The notes beneath the pieces are model-generated. The model was not told the DNA's origin and made no database searches. It saw only the letters and a program-made list of their open reading frames with translations. The translations under genes and the position numbers were made by a program. A stretch of 55,918 bases of DNA, filler included, from Platydemus manokwari (Eukaryota), in the NCBI GenBank assembly GCA_037951405.1. It is 5 parts of 5 records of this genome, joined end to end, with 100 filler letters (N's around TTAATTAATTAA, not from the genome) between each part and the next. Parts side by side here need not be neighbours in the genome. Positions count along the whole stretch, not along the records: positions 23,574 to 32,323 come from JBBMOY011356205.1; positions 32,424 to 42,030 come from JBBMOY011226321.1; 3 more parts are not named here. One strand, 5' to 3'. Below are positions 27,270-39,977 of the stretch, piece by piece; position 1 is the first letter of the stretch; every line of letters begins with the position of its first letter.

Positions 27270-30200
27270 CTATCAGTGATTCATGTGTTTATTGTGTTGG
27301 TTAATATGGTGTAATACATATTTGGAAAATCGTATCGCACTCTTTGAATTGGCATGAAATTGATGGAATTTTACTGTAAATATACAAATACAGAACGTAA
27401 TTGAAAAAGCGATGGTTCATTCAATCAAAGGGCCGCGTAGTAAAATATTTGTATTGTTCTGATAATTCAACAATGAGCTTTTGATCAAAGTAAAAAAACT
27501 CAATTTGTTTAAGCATTGATCTTTTCAAACAGAATGCGCTGATAATTCTATCAGGATAGAATATATTTTAGATGGGGGTCATTTCATTGGTTGGTTTTAA
27601 CGAATTATAATACCATCAAATTTCCAATAATCGTTTGATTAGGACACGATATATGGTTTATTGTTTTTAAAATTGGTATTTTATCATACACAACGCTTTA
27701 CTACAAATTCTATCCGTACAAATTCAATTTTGTTTTGTTCTTTCATACAATTGTATTCATGAATAAAAGATTTTTATCACAATTCATTCAATTTACTGGT
27801 TAAAAAAATTGTATTTATTGTTAATATTATAATTTTTTTTGATCATTCAATAACAAACCATACTTCATTAGTACGCTATGAAAAAAAAAACCACCATAAA
27901 AAGTCTTTGTTTATGAATTTTGAAAAACTCAACGGAAGTCATAAATTGTTTATTACATTACTGAAAAATATATTGATCATCACAACTGTGACCAAATATC
28001 GGCTAACAAACGGAAAATAAGATTTGGGATTCTGATGGTTATTGTGACAGAACCGGTTCAGGTCATTGGAAAATTTAAATAAACAATAGATCTGATATTA
28101 TTATATCATTTATTGTGTTCGATAGAGTTGAAAAATTTTGCAGCAATTCTTAATCTAGTTTTACCAGTGAGAACATAAATCTTATCAATAGACATGTAAA
28201 ATATTGAGTAATTCTGTCATTAATTTTGCTACTACGACATTTACGGCCATGGTGAATTATTAATTTTTCAATGAAAATTACTTCATTAAAATTAATCTAA
28301 CCAACAAGATGGCGAATCTTGAGATACTATAAAACATAATTGGTTTATGAATGATTGTTTTATATTCTCATCTGCTAGTACGGAGTTCATCGCCACCACC
28401 ATCATCATCATATACAGAAATTGTGTGATTGGCACCTGGTTTAATGAAATACTTCAGAGATACTTATCGGCACACATTCACAGCATTGTTTAATAATAAT
28501 AATTTGCTTTTAATGATAGATTTATTTAACACAACACCTGTGTATTATTTCATCGGACTACTACTACTTCTACTACTGCCACTATTACTAAAGGATGCTG
28601 GTTTCACTTTGTCTTGATAGCACAACACTCTACCATGGTACTTGAAATTAACCGAATGAATTGTTTTAGTTGTTATACAATACGAGTTTTTGTTTATCTG
28701 ATAATCGTGTTCTGAATCGTTTTGTTGAAAAATTTGAAATCAGACTGATTGTATCATCAGAATTTTTCGTATATTTTATAAATTGAATGATGAACGCAAT
28801 ATCACAATGATAGGGCTTACATGGTGTTGATGATTATTTACAACATTTCATATACAAATCAAATGTCGTGCTGCAATGAATATATGGCATATTCATTAGT
28901 TTTCGAACAATGAAGCTCATAATCATGTTTACATTATGATGTGATGATCATGATTCATTTCATCATGGTGAACACCTTCTCAAACCCGTATTGGTTTCAC
29001 GGAACTATAGAAACATATGTGACGGAAGCTAGGGTGATGTGATATATATGTATTATAATTGACATTTCACAAATAAATCCGATGTAAACAATGATAATTA
29101 GTTACGGTTAAGCTTTTTCCTTGGAGAGAAATGCGATTTTATTTGAAAAGTAATTTCTCTGTTTATATAAGTAGTGTGTGTGTTTTTAAGCGGAGTTTGC
29201 ATGGCAGTTATGAATTTTTACATAAAATTATTAATGAAAATGGTATTTAGTTTAATGATCATATCGTTGACATCCAACACAATGTTTTACTAATGTTGTG
29301 GTTTTGTAGTCTTTTCTAATCAATTTTGTTGATCAATTTAATCTAAACTTCTTGTAAATAAACATTTAATATGTTCCAGATTTATTAATATTGAGAGAAA
29401 TATAATGATACTAAAATGAAATCAGAACAGATTCCATCGATTGGTATGTAAATGTTGAAGCTGATCGAAGTTATTATCGTTTCGAATTCACTAATAAGCG
29501 AATTATAGTGTTGGCGTGTAGAAAGCACTAAAAAGTCGATCGATCATTGAACTAGAATTTGGAATTGCCAATCTGACTACTACTGATTATTAATATCCAC
29601 TTCTACTCACTATCATTACCTAAGAAATAATATCTATTATTGTAATTACTATTTGTTTCTGTTATCACTACTAATGTTTTTATTAATGTTATTTGTAAAC
29701 ATTAGCTATTATTTAGATACATCTAGTTCCAAATACCTAATAAAATGCTTAAAAATAGTAATATTCACATGAAATAACCAGCAACATTAGCGTGTCAATA
29801 ACATATTGAAAGTATCGTAGTAAAAGTTATGTAATTGGTGAGATACGCCTTTCAATTAAATGAAAATGCCAAATGGTTGTTATGGTAAATAACATATATA
29901 TATAAAACTTCATAAACATTATTGGAAATTCACATTTATCATTCAATGTTGACCACCCAATGTTGTCAAAATAAATTTATTACAAAACATCCGGAATCAA
30001 TCTTTGAAGGAGCCTGGCGTACCTCTAAGAAATCACTGGATTTTCACACAATTCACTTGAACTAATCAATAGCACCATTCGATGTTTACAAATTGATTTT
30101 CGTTTTCAGCCATTTCATTTGTAAAAATTTCGACGCTTGCCTTTACTTACCTATTGGTCGTTTATGAGATTTGCCTTGGTAGTGAAATTTGAACGACGAA

Positions 30201-30330
30201 ATGTTCACTGAAATCGTTCACAAATATTTGGTTTCATAATATTTGATGTACAGGTGAGTGAGTGAATGATCTTTTGTTCCTGTCGAATGAAGGAAGTTAA
30301 ATATTGATATTTTTTTGACATTGTTCTTAT
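27270..30330 (-). pseudogene. decayed C2H2 zinc-finger gene, Spalt/SALL-like
   Basis: Minus strand ~30230-30154 reads NICERFQ*TFRRSNFTTKANLINDQ, close to the Spalt finger HTGERPFxCxxCxxxFTTKGNLxxH. Further remnants are KPYHCDI (~28818), CTDRICSKAL (~27720) and CQFKECDTIF (~27354), plus Ser/Asp low-complexity stretches. Many stops are present. Confidence 0.45.
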
Positions 30331-31561
30331 CCGTAATGGAACAATTCGATATATTCCAAGGCTAGTCTTCTTCTTCGAAAAATTCCGATACAATATGTAA
30401 TAATATTTCTACCACAATACAATTTCAACATTTTTCATCCATAAAGAATGCACAATCTGATGACATGAAGATGAAAAATATTAAATTAATTTTAAATAAT
30501 TGATAATTAATAATTTTTAAATTTAATTCTTATTCCAATTCCGACAAAGCAAATAACAGCGAAAATGTAAAGTCTCTAGGCAGCCTTTCCTAATTTGAAT
30601 GCCAAGTTATCATTATGTTTCCGAGTCAAGAACTTGACCAAACATAAATGTGAGCATCAATTTAGAAGTTCACATCATTCATGGAAGTACTTAACTGACA
30701 TTTTCTAACATTCAGACAAGGAGACATTGATGGTTGAAAACAATATGTGTATTGGTGGCTTAACTTGAATTAGGAAATCATAATTTACACAAACATTACT
30801 ATGTGCTATTGGATGATAATAAATACAAAACTCATTCTTAAATCAATAAAAAGTTTAATGGTGTTGATTGTGAATGTTTTACAATCCAACTTCATTGTTC
30901 AAACTTTGATAAAAGAATATCAAAAGTCTTCGTTTCCTATTCTTAAATTTAAAGTAATGACATGGAATAAATTAAAAATATGTTTTATTATGTTTTGTCA
31001 TTATATAGCACTGAGAACCGAATTTATCATTGAGATAATATCATAGAAGTAGCTAGTGTAAACCAGTGAGATCTTATATGAACTAAAAATGAACTAGGCT
31101 TTAATAATTCAAAAAGATATTTGGTGTGTATGATTGATATAAATTTGAATATTCCTTGTAATGAACAATAATTATGAATAAGCTTTTCGATAATATGAAT
31201 GTTGTTCTCAATAGGATTTGAACCAACGAAAGAACATTCTTCTAAACGGTATATATAAATGAGAAAAGACTATTTTGTATAAATATATAAATATATGAAA
31301 AGGATTCTACTTCATACTTCGGCAAAACATCCCATATTATTTGAGTTGTGCCATACACATGTCATCATCTGGTATTAAAGGCTTTTCAGGCTACGTTTGT
31401 GAATTGGTTTCTTCAACAAAGATCATATACTGACATTGATATTCCTTTTGTGAAAGCAAATTCTAGTATTTGTAATTATAAATCATCTAATACATTATTC
31501 AAGGAAAAGTTTCTTTACCATTAAATTATGCATATAAATTGACAATTCATTTTTTATATAG

Positions 31562-32284
31562 GCAAACTACTTATTCTGGTGACAGGAAATAAATGTGTGG
31601 AGAAACCTTGTCGAAATGCTGTGGCCTGTCAGCCTATTGGACGCGATGACTTTAATTGTCGATGTATTCATGGATGGAAAGGAAAAAGATGTGAAACGAA
31701 TATCAATGATTGCAATAAGAATTCATGTAAAAATGGTGGTCAATGTATAGACCAGAAAAATAGTCGATATATGTGTAATTGTTCCATTCAATTTGTAGGT
31801 AAGATAATAATAATTTTATTCTAATTATAATAATAATTAACTTGTCGACTTTATGTAAAAATAATGAATTGTTCTCATATAAATCTCATATGTTAACAAT
31901 TATCTTGTTAAGGAGATCAGTGTCAATATGACAATCCATGCTTTAAGCAAAATCCATGTAATAACGATGGCAAATGTGAGCCATTAGCCACTGGTGATTT
32001 TCTTTGTATATGTGGTAAAAGCTTCAATGGTGATAAATGTCAAAATAAAACCGTAAAATGTCCCGATAACATCAATGAAGCGAAAGAAATTTGCAACAAT
32101 CGCGGTATATGTCAAGAGAATGAAAATGGGAAGATTTCATGCAAATGTTATGGTCCTTATCATGGCGAGACTTGCAACGATGAATTGAAAACTGGAATAG
32201 AAATGGGATGTCCGGACAACCACTGTATCAATGGGAAATGTGTTAAACAACTCGATGGTTCTCCAAAATGCGAATGCCCGAAAG
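31562..32284 (+). CDS. EGF-repeat exons (at least 5 EGF-like domains), partial gene
   Basis: Exons 31562 (or 31586)-31798 and 31913-32284 join in frame: CVEKPCRNAVACQPIGRDDFNCRCIHGWKGKRCE, NINDCNKNSCKNGGQC...CNCSIQFVGDQC, CFKQNPCNNDGKC...CICGKSFNGDKC, CPD...CNNRGIC...CKCYGPYHGETC, CPDNHCINGKC...CECPK|gt. The last exon ends mid-domain at a donor just before the gap. The start codon was not identified. Confidence 0.92.
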
Positions 32285-32323
32285 GTACTTAATATTTTGG
32301 TATAAACACACACACGCATATAT

Positions 32324-32423
32324 NNNNNNNNNNNNNNNNNNNNNNNNNNNNNNNNNNNNNNNNNNNNTTAATTAATTAANNNNNNNNNNNNNNNNNNNNN
32401 NNNNNNNNNNNNNNNNNNNNNNN
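32324..32423. other. assembly gap spacer
   Basis: N44-TTAATTAATTAA-N44, preceded by a (CA)n/(TA)n tract. Confidence 0.98.
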
Positions 32424-32454
32424 TATTGCATATAAATATTTTTTCTTTGAAAAG

Positions 32455-35400
32455 CATTAATGGACTCCTACATAACATTCTGCGAGTTTTTATCTAAAGA
32501 CGCGTCGTTGGAAATGTAATTGATATAATAATATAAATATTATTATGAAGAAAGCCAACAGAACTATGTCGAATAAACAAAAATGATGACCAACTTAAAT
32601 ATTTAAACTTGAAATTTTAATGTAGATTATTTTGGTATGCCAATAAAACAAGTCACGGTTTGGTAAAAAGTAGTTCTTGTTTGAATGAAAAAAATGTGAA
32701 TTTAAACCTTCGAAACCTTTTGCTAATAAATAGTTCATAAAAGACTATTTAAAATAAACTCTGAGGTTGTCAATGATATTAATATCGAATATAATTTTAG
32801 TCCATTAATATAAATCGGAAATTATTCGAAAACTACTATCAAAACTCAGAAATAAGATCTACGAGGATATACATATCGTTAATCATACACTTCTCCAAAA
32901 AACCAATCTGAACCTTCAAATTTACAATAGTTATGTTGGGTCTACCTGGTATATAGCACAGATACTGGTTCAATTATCCGATCCCAAATAAATAAACAAA
33001 TATGATCTCTAAAATATATTTTTACAGCAACTTTAAAACTCTAACAAATCTGATCATACAAAGACCAAGTTTCTAATAAAAGTTAGGTTGACAAGAAACT
33101 GATGTAGTCAGAACGAATTGTAATATGGTCGAAAGACTGTTCCTGGCCGTACAAATACTACCGTAAATACTTCTAAGGTACTTTATTTGTTAACAGCTTC
33201 TCCGACATGCAAACAATTTTACTTTTACTGGGTTTTAGGAAGAAAGTTTTGGTTACTACCTTCTGATATGGCTCGGAACGGCCGGGAAGAAACTTTGTTT
33301 TGTCAGACTAATAAGTTGGTTCTTGGTATTCTGTTGGTTCCGAATGATTTAAACGAAGTTGATTACGTCAAAAATAATTCTTCCAGCTTCTGTGGATTCT
33401 CTTTGGAAATTCTTCTTCGATAATTTTTGTTAACTAATTCACTATATTGGTGTGGAAATATTTCATTTTGATGATATAACTCCAGTCCTTTATGGCATTT
33501 GTTGATTATTGTAGTACTTTTTTATATTTTTATGGAATTAATTAGTTTCGTTAATACTTTCTAACATTTTATTATTAATTCATATTATAAATATTAAAAT
33601 AGCATATTTAATCTATTATTATTATTATTATTATTTATATTATATTTATATTATATTTATAATTTTATGGGTTCTTCATTTAACTGCTTTGGGAATTTTT
33701 TTTTGGCACATAGCCACAGGTAGCAACGAACGTCGAAAAACACCAATGAGACAAGACATAGAATAAAATCTAACAAATAAACTCTAACAAATGATTAGGG
33801 AAATCATCAGCAGTAAATTATCACACAACATTGCGTTTAAAAAATTCGGTTTTCTGGAACATTTATCATCATCTTTCGTAAATAGCTATTTCTTTACTTT
33901 TTAGAGTTTTCGGTTGATATTTTAATTCAAGGTGTATTTTGAATTTAGTTATTTATATTTTATTATCTTCAAATGAGTTATTAATAGAAACAATTGAAAC
34001 CAGTGATTTAAAGACTTTATTTTATATTTATGCAAATTTCTTCATTATTCATGTAATCAATGGAAATAATATATGACGTTTCCATTTAGACCATTGAGCA
34101 GAATTACTTGGATTTTGATAATTATATCCTTAAGTACTGTCGCAATTTGGACAACTATACTTTGTCGATATAATCCATTATCAGCTTGGAATTTGAGTTT
34201 AAAATTTGCAATAAGAGAGGAAATTCAATTTTCAAGCAACTTTTGGTCAGCTATAGGATCTATTTTATGTCAAGGTTACAAGATTAAAAATTAAAGTAAC
34301 GAAAATTAATCTGAACACATATAGGTCAGAATTTTTACGCTTTTACAATTTCAGCTAGGTTTATATCAGCATTATGGTGGATTTTTGCAGTAATTATTTT
34401 GGCAGTGTTTTCAGGTAATTTTATTTAATTGTTTTAAATATCACTTGTATTCTTATTAATGGTTTATAAATCAAAAAGCTATTGATGATCTAGGAATTCC
34501 AGTTGAAGTCGATAAATAATTTTAAAATTATGACCGAAAATATTAAAGTTTCAGAGTACTGGTTTTGTTAAAAAACATTATAACATTGGTTTTTCCTTCG
34601 ATATCACAATTAAAAAGCAAGAATGGTGGTTGGTCCAATTGCGAAATCTATAAGAAATTCAGTACTCGATGATCATATTCGGAGATTGCGTTCGTTGTGG
34701 ATTGAATTTATGTGAATTGTAATTTTTAAACAGGCTTTTGGGAATCTTTTTTAAAGTTGGTATTGCAGGAACGTTATCTAATAATTGTCATTTGTGTTGA
34801 TTATTTCTGTGTTGATGGACAATTTTGAACATTTTTTGAGGGTCCTTTTTCTAAAGTCGTTAATGGAAAGGCGTTATTGATTTAAAGTGACATTTATTTC
34901 ACACACCAGCTAGAGGAAGTTGACTAATGAATTGATTGATAAACATCGTGGCTACTCATATGTGAATGATTTTGAAGTTTATAGTTAAATGAGTAGGTGA
35001 TTGAGTTTTCCTCTCTGATGTCTGACCGAGCCAAGTCAGAGAGATAGTTGTATTGTATTGAATCGAATTGTTTCTAAGAGATGCTGGTATTTTCCCGATC
35101 CTTCTCCAGATATTAGTTCTCAAATGATATCTAAATAAAAACACAAAGTAAAATGTCACATGTAAAGTTACGCCAGATTAGTATAATGATAGATCTTTAT
35201 CAGTTAAGAAGTCGAGAATTCAAAACATTTGAAAATGGGATAAATGATACAACTTAGATATATATAGTTTTTTGTATTAACTATTATATTTAAATTATCG
35301 ATCATATATTTCTAACAGAGTTATTTAGAATCCCATTTCAATCCCCTAGACATTTACAGGAATGATTTATATTATCTGAAATATTTCATACTTAATATAT

Positions 35401-37304
35401 TCTTTAGCTAACTTAACATCAGTTCTAACAATTCAACCTCCTCATCTTTATCCGCGTTCACTGGAAGAATTAGCAGACAACAAAGACTTTGTCTTGTATT
35501 TATCATATGGTGAAGGTTCATCCTATATTATAAAAGTAAATCGAATTAATTGATTTATTTACAATTGATTTTCTTTGAAATAATAAAGAATTCCAAAGAT
35601 CCGATTTTAAGAAAAATAGCGGCAAAATCCAAAGAAACTCAACTTTGTCAGGCATTGGTAAAAATATGCATTTTTTATTTATTTAAACAGCAGTTATGGC
35701 AGATATCAAATATTGAAACTGTTAATATAGCATGTGCACTAGATGACACAAATGCCAGAGCTTTATTGGCTCGGAACTGTTCTCGTTATGCTATTTTAGA
35801 CGAAATTATTCAACCAACATCTGATGGTTTTATATTACCAAAAGATGCGATTTACAAAGACATAATTAACAAAAGGTTCATTTAGTAAAGATTATCATTA
35901 TTATTTGTTATTTTATATTTCAAATGAAATTTTTATAATAAAAATTTATAGGATTTTAGAAATTTGAGATTATAATAATTCCACATTTTAAATTTAATTG
36001 AGTGCATATTCATGCTTCTAATAGATTTTTTGGATTTTATAAGAAATTGGAATCCTGGCTTGTTTATTTATCTCTGAAATCGTGCGATTGCAATCTGTTA
36101 CGAATTGTCAAGATTCAAATTATAATAATATTAATAATCTGTTGTATCCAAATTCAATGTTTTCAAATTATTCTAAAAGTTCTTTATAGCATTTAATCCA
36201 AAATAGTTGACCAATTTTCAAATTCATATTCGTTTTGTGGACAAAATATTTTAAATTTCTTCACATATTTCAAGGTTTTGATGTTTTTAAGATAAAATTA
36301 TTGTTAGATTGAAAAATTCCACAAGCAAACTGGTAGTCAATTTAAAATCTAAATGAGAAAAGAAATCAAAAATTCTTCATTCTTCTGTTCATCTTTTACC
36401 GATAATCAAATTGATACAATTAAGCTAAACATGTTAATTAACAGTGGCTTCGAATCTAAAATGGCGAAAGTTATAATTTCTAACTTAATAACTAAAGTCG
36501 AATAAGTAGTTGTGATTATGAAACTCATTTATTTATTGATCTACATATTCTAAATAATTAATTCCTTGATTAAATGACACTTAGTATGAAATTTATAGAT
36601 CCGTCTGATAAATAAAAAACATTGTGACACGAGTTTATCTGAAAAAATCATCTATTATCACCAGTAACAATTTAAACATATAAATCATAAACTCTATTTT
36701 AACAATATTCTAGCTTTAATATCTTTAGAATTGAAAACAAACGATATTGGTGCAATATGTTTCAAATCACATCAAATGAAAATAACATAAAACAGATTTA
36801 TTATTTTTTTATGCAAATACAGAAATCATTGACGAAAATTTGTAGCCTATTTGTGTATATCAAAATCATTGAAGAAGATAATTATGTAAAGCTAATAGAA
36901 TAAGTAATATCGATTAAATTTTGATTATCGGAATTTTCATATGAAAATCAATACATAAATCTTGTTAACAAGATATTTAACGAGTTTTAAATCTTCTATT
37001 TAGATGAAATTGGAAACGATTTTTGCTATTGCTAATTATAATTTATAACATAGTTATATCAGCATCATAATTTTCCAGAATACAACTATTAGCAGACAGA
37101 GGGATCATTCATAAATGGTATCAACAGGATCTCCAGGGAGCACAGAACTCAACGTGTGGAAATGAAGACGAAGCACTAGATCCGATAGATATGAACAATT
37201 TAACTGGAATATTTGTTGTTGTTTTGGTTATATATTTATTGGGAATATTTATACTTATTATTGAATTTATTGTTGTGAAATTTTCTGTTAGATTTTATTC
37301 TTAA
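32455..37304 (+). CDS. divergent ionotropic glutamate receptor / IR-like channel subunit (S1-M1-M2-M3-S2-M4), N-terminus missing
   Basis: Confident exons: ~34014/34073-34274 (FPFRPLSRITW M1; FWSAIGSILCQG M2), 34325-34414 (SARFISALWWIFAVIILAVFS M3), 35408-35535 (ANLTSVLT...RSLEELA), 35589-35875 (S2, GFILPKDAIYKDIINK) and 37079-~37304 (IQLLADRGII...C...NNLTGIFVVV...IIEF M4). Tentative S1 exons 32455-32515, 32626-32662, 33799-33848 and 33905-33931 need single-base indel corrections. Confidence 0.88.
32934..33566 (-). mobile_element. possible solo LTR in iGluR intron
   Basis: On the minus strand it reads TGTTAG...GACCCAACA, the same termini style as families A and B. No convincing TSD was found. 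Confidence 0.4.
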
Positions 37305-37651
37305 TCACCTCTATTTAATATTAGAGATTATGATTAATTATAATAAATAAATATATACTGAATTATTTGTTTCTTAAAGAATATTTTTAGGTAGTGCTGT
37401 CTAACCCGGACTTATTTTAGTACAACTTCCATCTATAATTTCTACTCCATAATTTTCTGTATCGCCTTCTGCATTAAACCATTAATCCTATTGAACAAAT
37501 TTACGTTGGGGAGATATTGTACGAAGTCAAATGATTGGTCAATCAGTGTTATAAATTTGAGCTTGAATTAGCAATGATCTTAAAAATAATTTCACTTCAC
37601 GATATTTTAAATATATTCAAATTATTGTTTATTCATTTGCATTGTCTAATT

Positions 37652-38744
37652 CAGTGGTTTTCAACCAGGGTTCCGGCAATACACTCCAGGGATTCCGCAA
37701 TTTCTAAATTTCTAAATTAGAACAACGAAAAAATAAGCAATATGTTAAATACGACGGTTGTCAAGGGGGAAAGTATTGTTTCATTTTTACGAATTAAGAG
37801 TTATTGACCTTTTGTTTGCAATAAAACCTGAAAGACTTCGTAGAATGTTTGAGTAATGTCCACTGGTGTTCGAAGTTGGCATATCTCAACGATATCTTTC
37901 ATAAACTAAACCTCTCGAACAATTGCATGCAACTCAGGAACAAAAATATCTTGTTTTCTACTGACAAAATAAATTCTTTTCAAAAGAAATTGACAATATG
38001 GAAGAAACACATAGCTGCAGGAAATTTGGGAATGTTTCAAATTTTTTATAAAAGGAATTGTCAAGAAATAAGTCTACTAATTTTAAACCATTTGGATACT
38101 TTGTTATAAAATCCTGACAAGTATTTTCCATCGATATATGTTGAACAGTATGACTCGATTAGAAACCCATTTGTTAAATTTGAATCATCTAAAGAACTGC
38201 TCACATTTACAGGGGGAAGAAAAACTTGCTACTGTTCTAAATGACAGGGCATTAAAATTGAAGCATTTTGAGCTTAATTTGGATACATTTTGGTTTCTGG
38301 TTGAAAAGGAATATCCTGCAATTGCTCAGAAAGTGCTACGACTTCTTGTGCAATTTTCAATCGCATATTTGTGTGAATTTGGATTATCAGCTCTCACAAC
38401 CATCGAACACAAGAAACGACCACAATTCTTACCTGTGAAACATGAACTTCGTGAGTGCCTATCAAAAACACGACCGAATCTTAAAGAGTTGTGCAAGAAA
38501 CACCAGGCTTAAATTTTCCATTGAGTTTTTGATAAGAATAAATTTAGTCTATTCAAACATGTACAATTTTGTTTTCATTTCATCAACAAACATGTACAAC
38601 ACTGAACATAAATTCTTTTATTTCATTTTAAAAAATAAATGATGTCTTCTCCTCAAAACAATTAAATCATTGCACAATGGTTCATCTAGCCAGAGGAATA
38701 TTTCCGTGGGGGTTTCTCTCTAGCAAAAAGATTGAAAATTACTG
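37652..38744 (+). mobile_element. hAT (Buster/Charlie-type) DNA transposon, internally deleted
   Basis: TIRs CAGTGGTTTTCAACC / GATTGAAAATTACTG (12/15). The 8-bp TSD GTCTAATT / GTCTAATC has a central TA. Broken transposase C-terminus: LAYLNDIFHKLN...FQKKLTIW and FW...EYPAIAQKVLRLLVQFSIAYLCEFGLSAL (hAT dimerisation domain). Confidence 0.93.
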
Positions 38745-39503
38745 GTCTAATCTAAAATTAGCTATGGAAATATTTACAACATTATTTTGATTTCGACATT
38801 TCTAAATGTGCAGTACAATTGTTGAATTCTATTAATTTATTTCTTCCAATTATTTTTATGGTATGTGGATTATGGTTCTTCAATCATATTCTTCTCTCAA
38901 CACTACTTAAAAGCTTTGTAAAGTCTTGAGGTCGTGACTTCTTCTGGTTTTTGGAGATTCATTCTTAGCTTTTATACCTTGTAAATGTCTTGTTCGATTT
39001 TTGCTTTAAATTTCCTATTTCCTCTTTGTTCGAAAGTTTTTATCACTTATTTTTTCTAGGGGGTTCATTAATCACTCAGTCAGTTTGCAATTGTCGGTCG
39101 TTACACCGTATTATATGTGCAAAATCGTATTTATTTTATAAGTAGAGATAATAATGAAATAGAATTCACTCACAATAAAACTTCTTGACAACTATGTTTA
39201 GTATGTCCAGCCAACAATAATCAAATCTCGACCAAACATTTTTAAGTTCACCATTTTTAAAATTCTACCGCATAAAATAGTTTCACTGAAATCATTATAA
39301 TCGCAAATTTGATTGTAGGTACAGCTTATAAAAAGTGTGTAGGTTGTCTGATTAAAGACGGTATTTATATTATTTATTAAAATCATGTTTATTATTAATA
39401 TTGATTAAGATTATTATAGAATCAGCTGGACCATTTATTTAATCTTCGCGAAATCACTTTCTCTCTTTCACTATCACCATTACTATAAAAATAAACTTTA
39501 CAG

Positions 39504-39600
39504 TTGTTAGCCGCCACTATTTTAAAAACCACACATTAAAAACCAACGGAAAAGTCAAGAGACAAAAAATCTATTTGAATACAAATATTTAAACAAGTAA
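39504..39600 (+). repeat. dispersed repeat family C, copy 3
   Basis: ttgttagccgccactattttaaaaaccacacatt...aaaagtcaaga...aaatctattt...caaatatttaaacaa is near-identical in structure to 48332-48430. Confidence 0.8.
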
Positions 39601-39977
39601 ATTTAATTTTATATAAATATGATTTTATATAAAATTAGAGTTAAATTTCAATTAAAAATTTCATTCATTTAAAACGTCTCAACAATTAAACATGAAATTT
39701 TCCTACATTAAAAAATTTATTTGAATTATCAACAATTTTGTGTCTACATATTATTTAAATATAAAATAAAACTAATCAAATATTTTAACACGTTTTTTCG
39801 ATTAATTCACGAATTTTTATGTTTTAATTGTAGATTAAACATCTATTTTCCCTCTTTGTTTTATTACACTATTTAATTAATTATATATTGGAAACTAACT
39901 GAAAAATCACGACACCAAATTATATTTAAACCACAATTGTTTAAATAAATTAATATTTTATAAAAATCTGATTATAA

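Noticed and set aside
33187-33423. ORF ending NKLVLGILLVP...FCGFSLEILLR, resembling an iGluR S1 start
   Set aside because: It ends in a stop without a donor, lies inside a probable antisense solo LTR, and is out of order relative to the better S1 candidates at 32455-32662.
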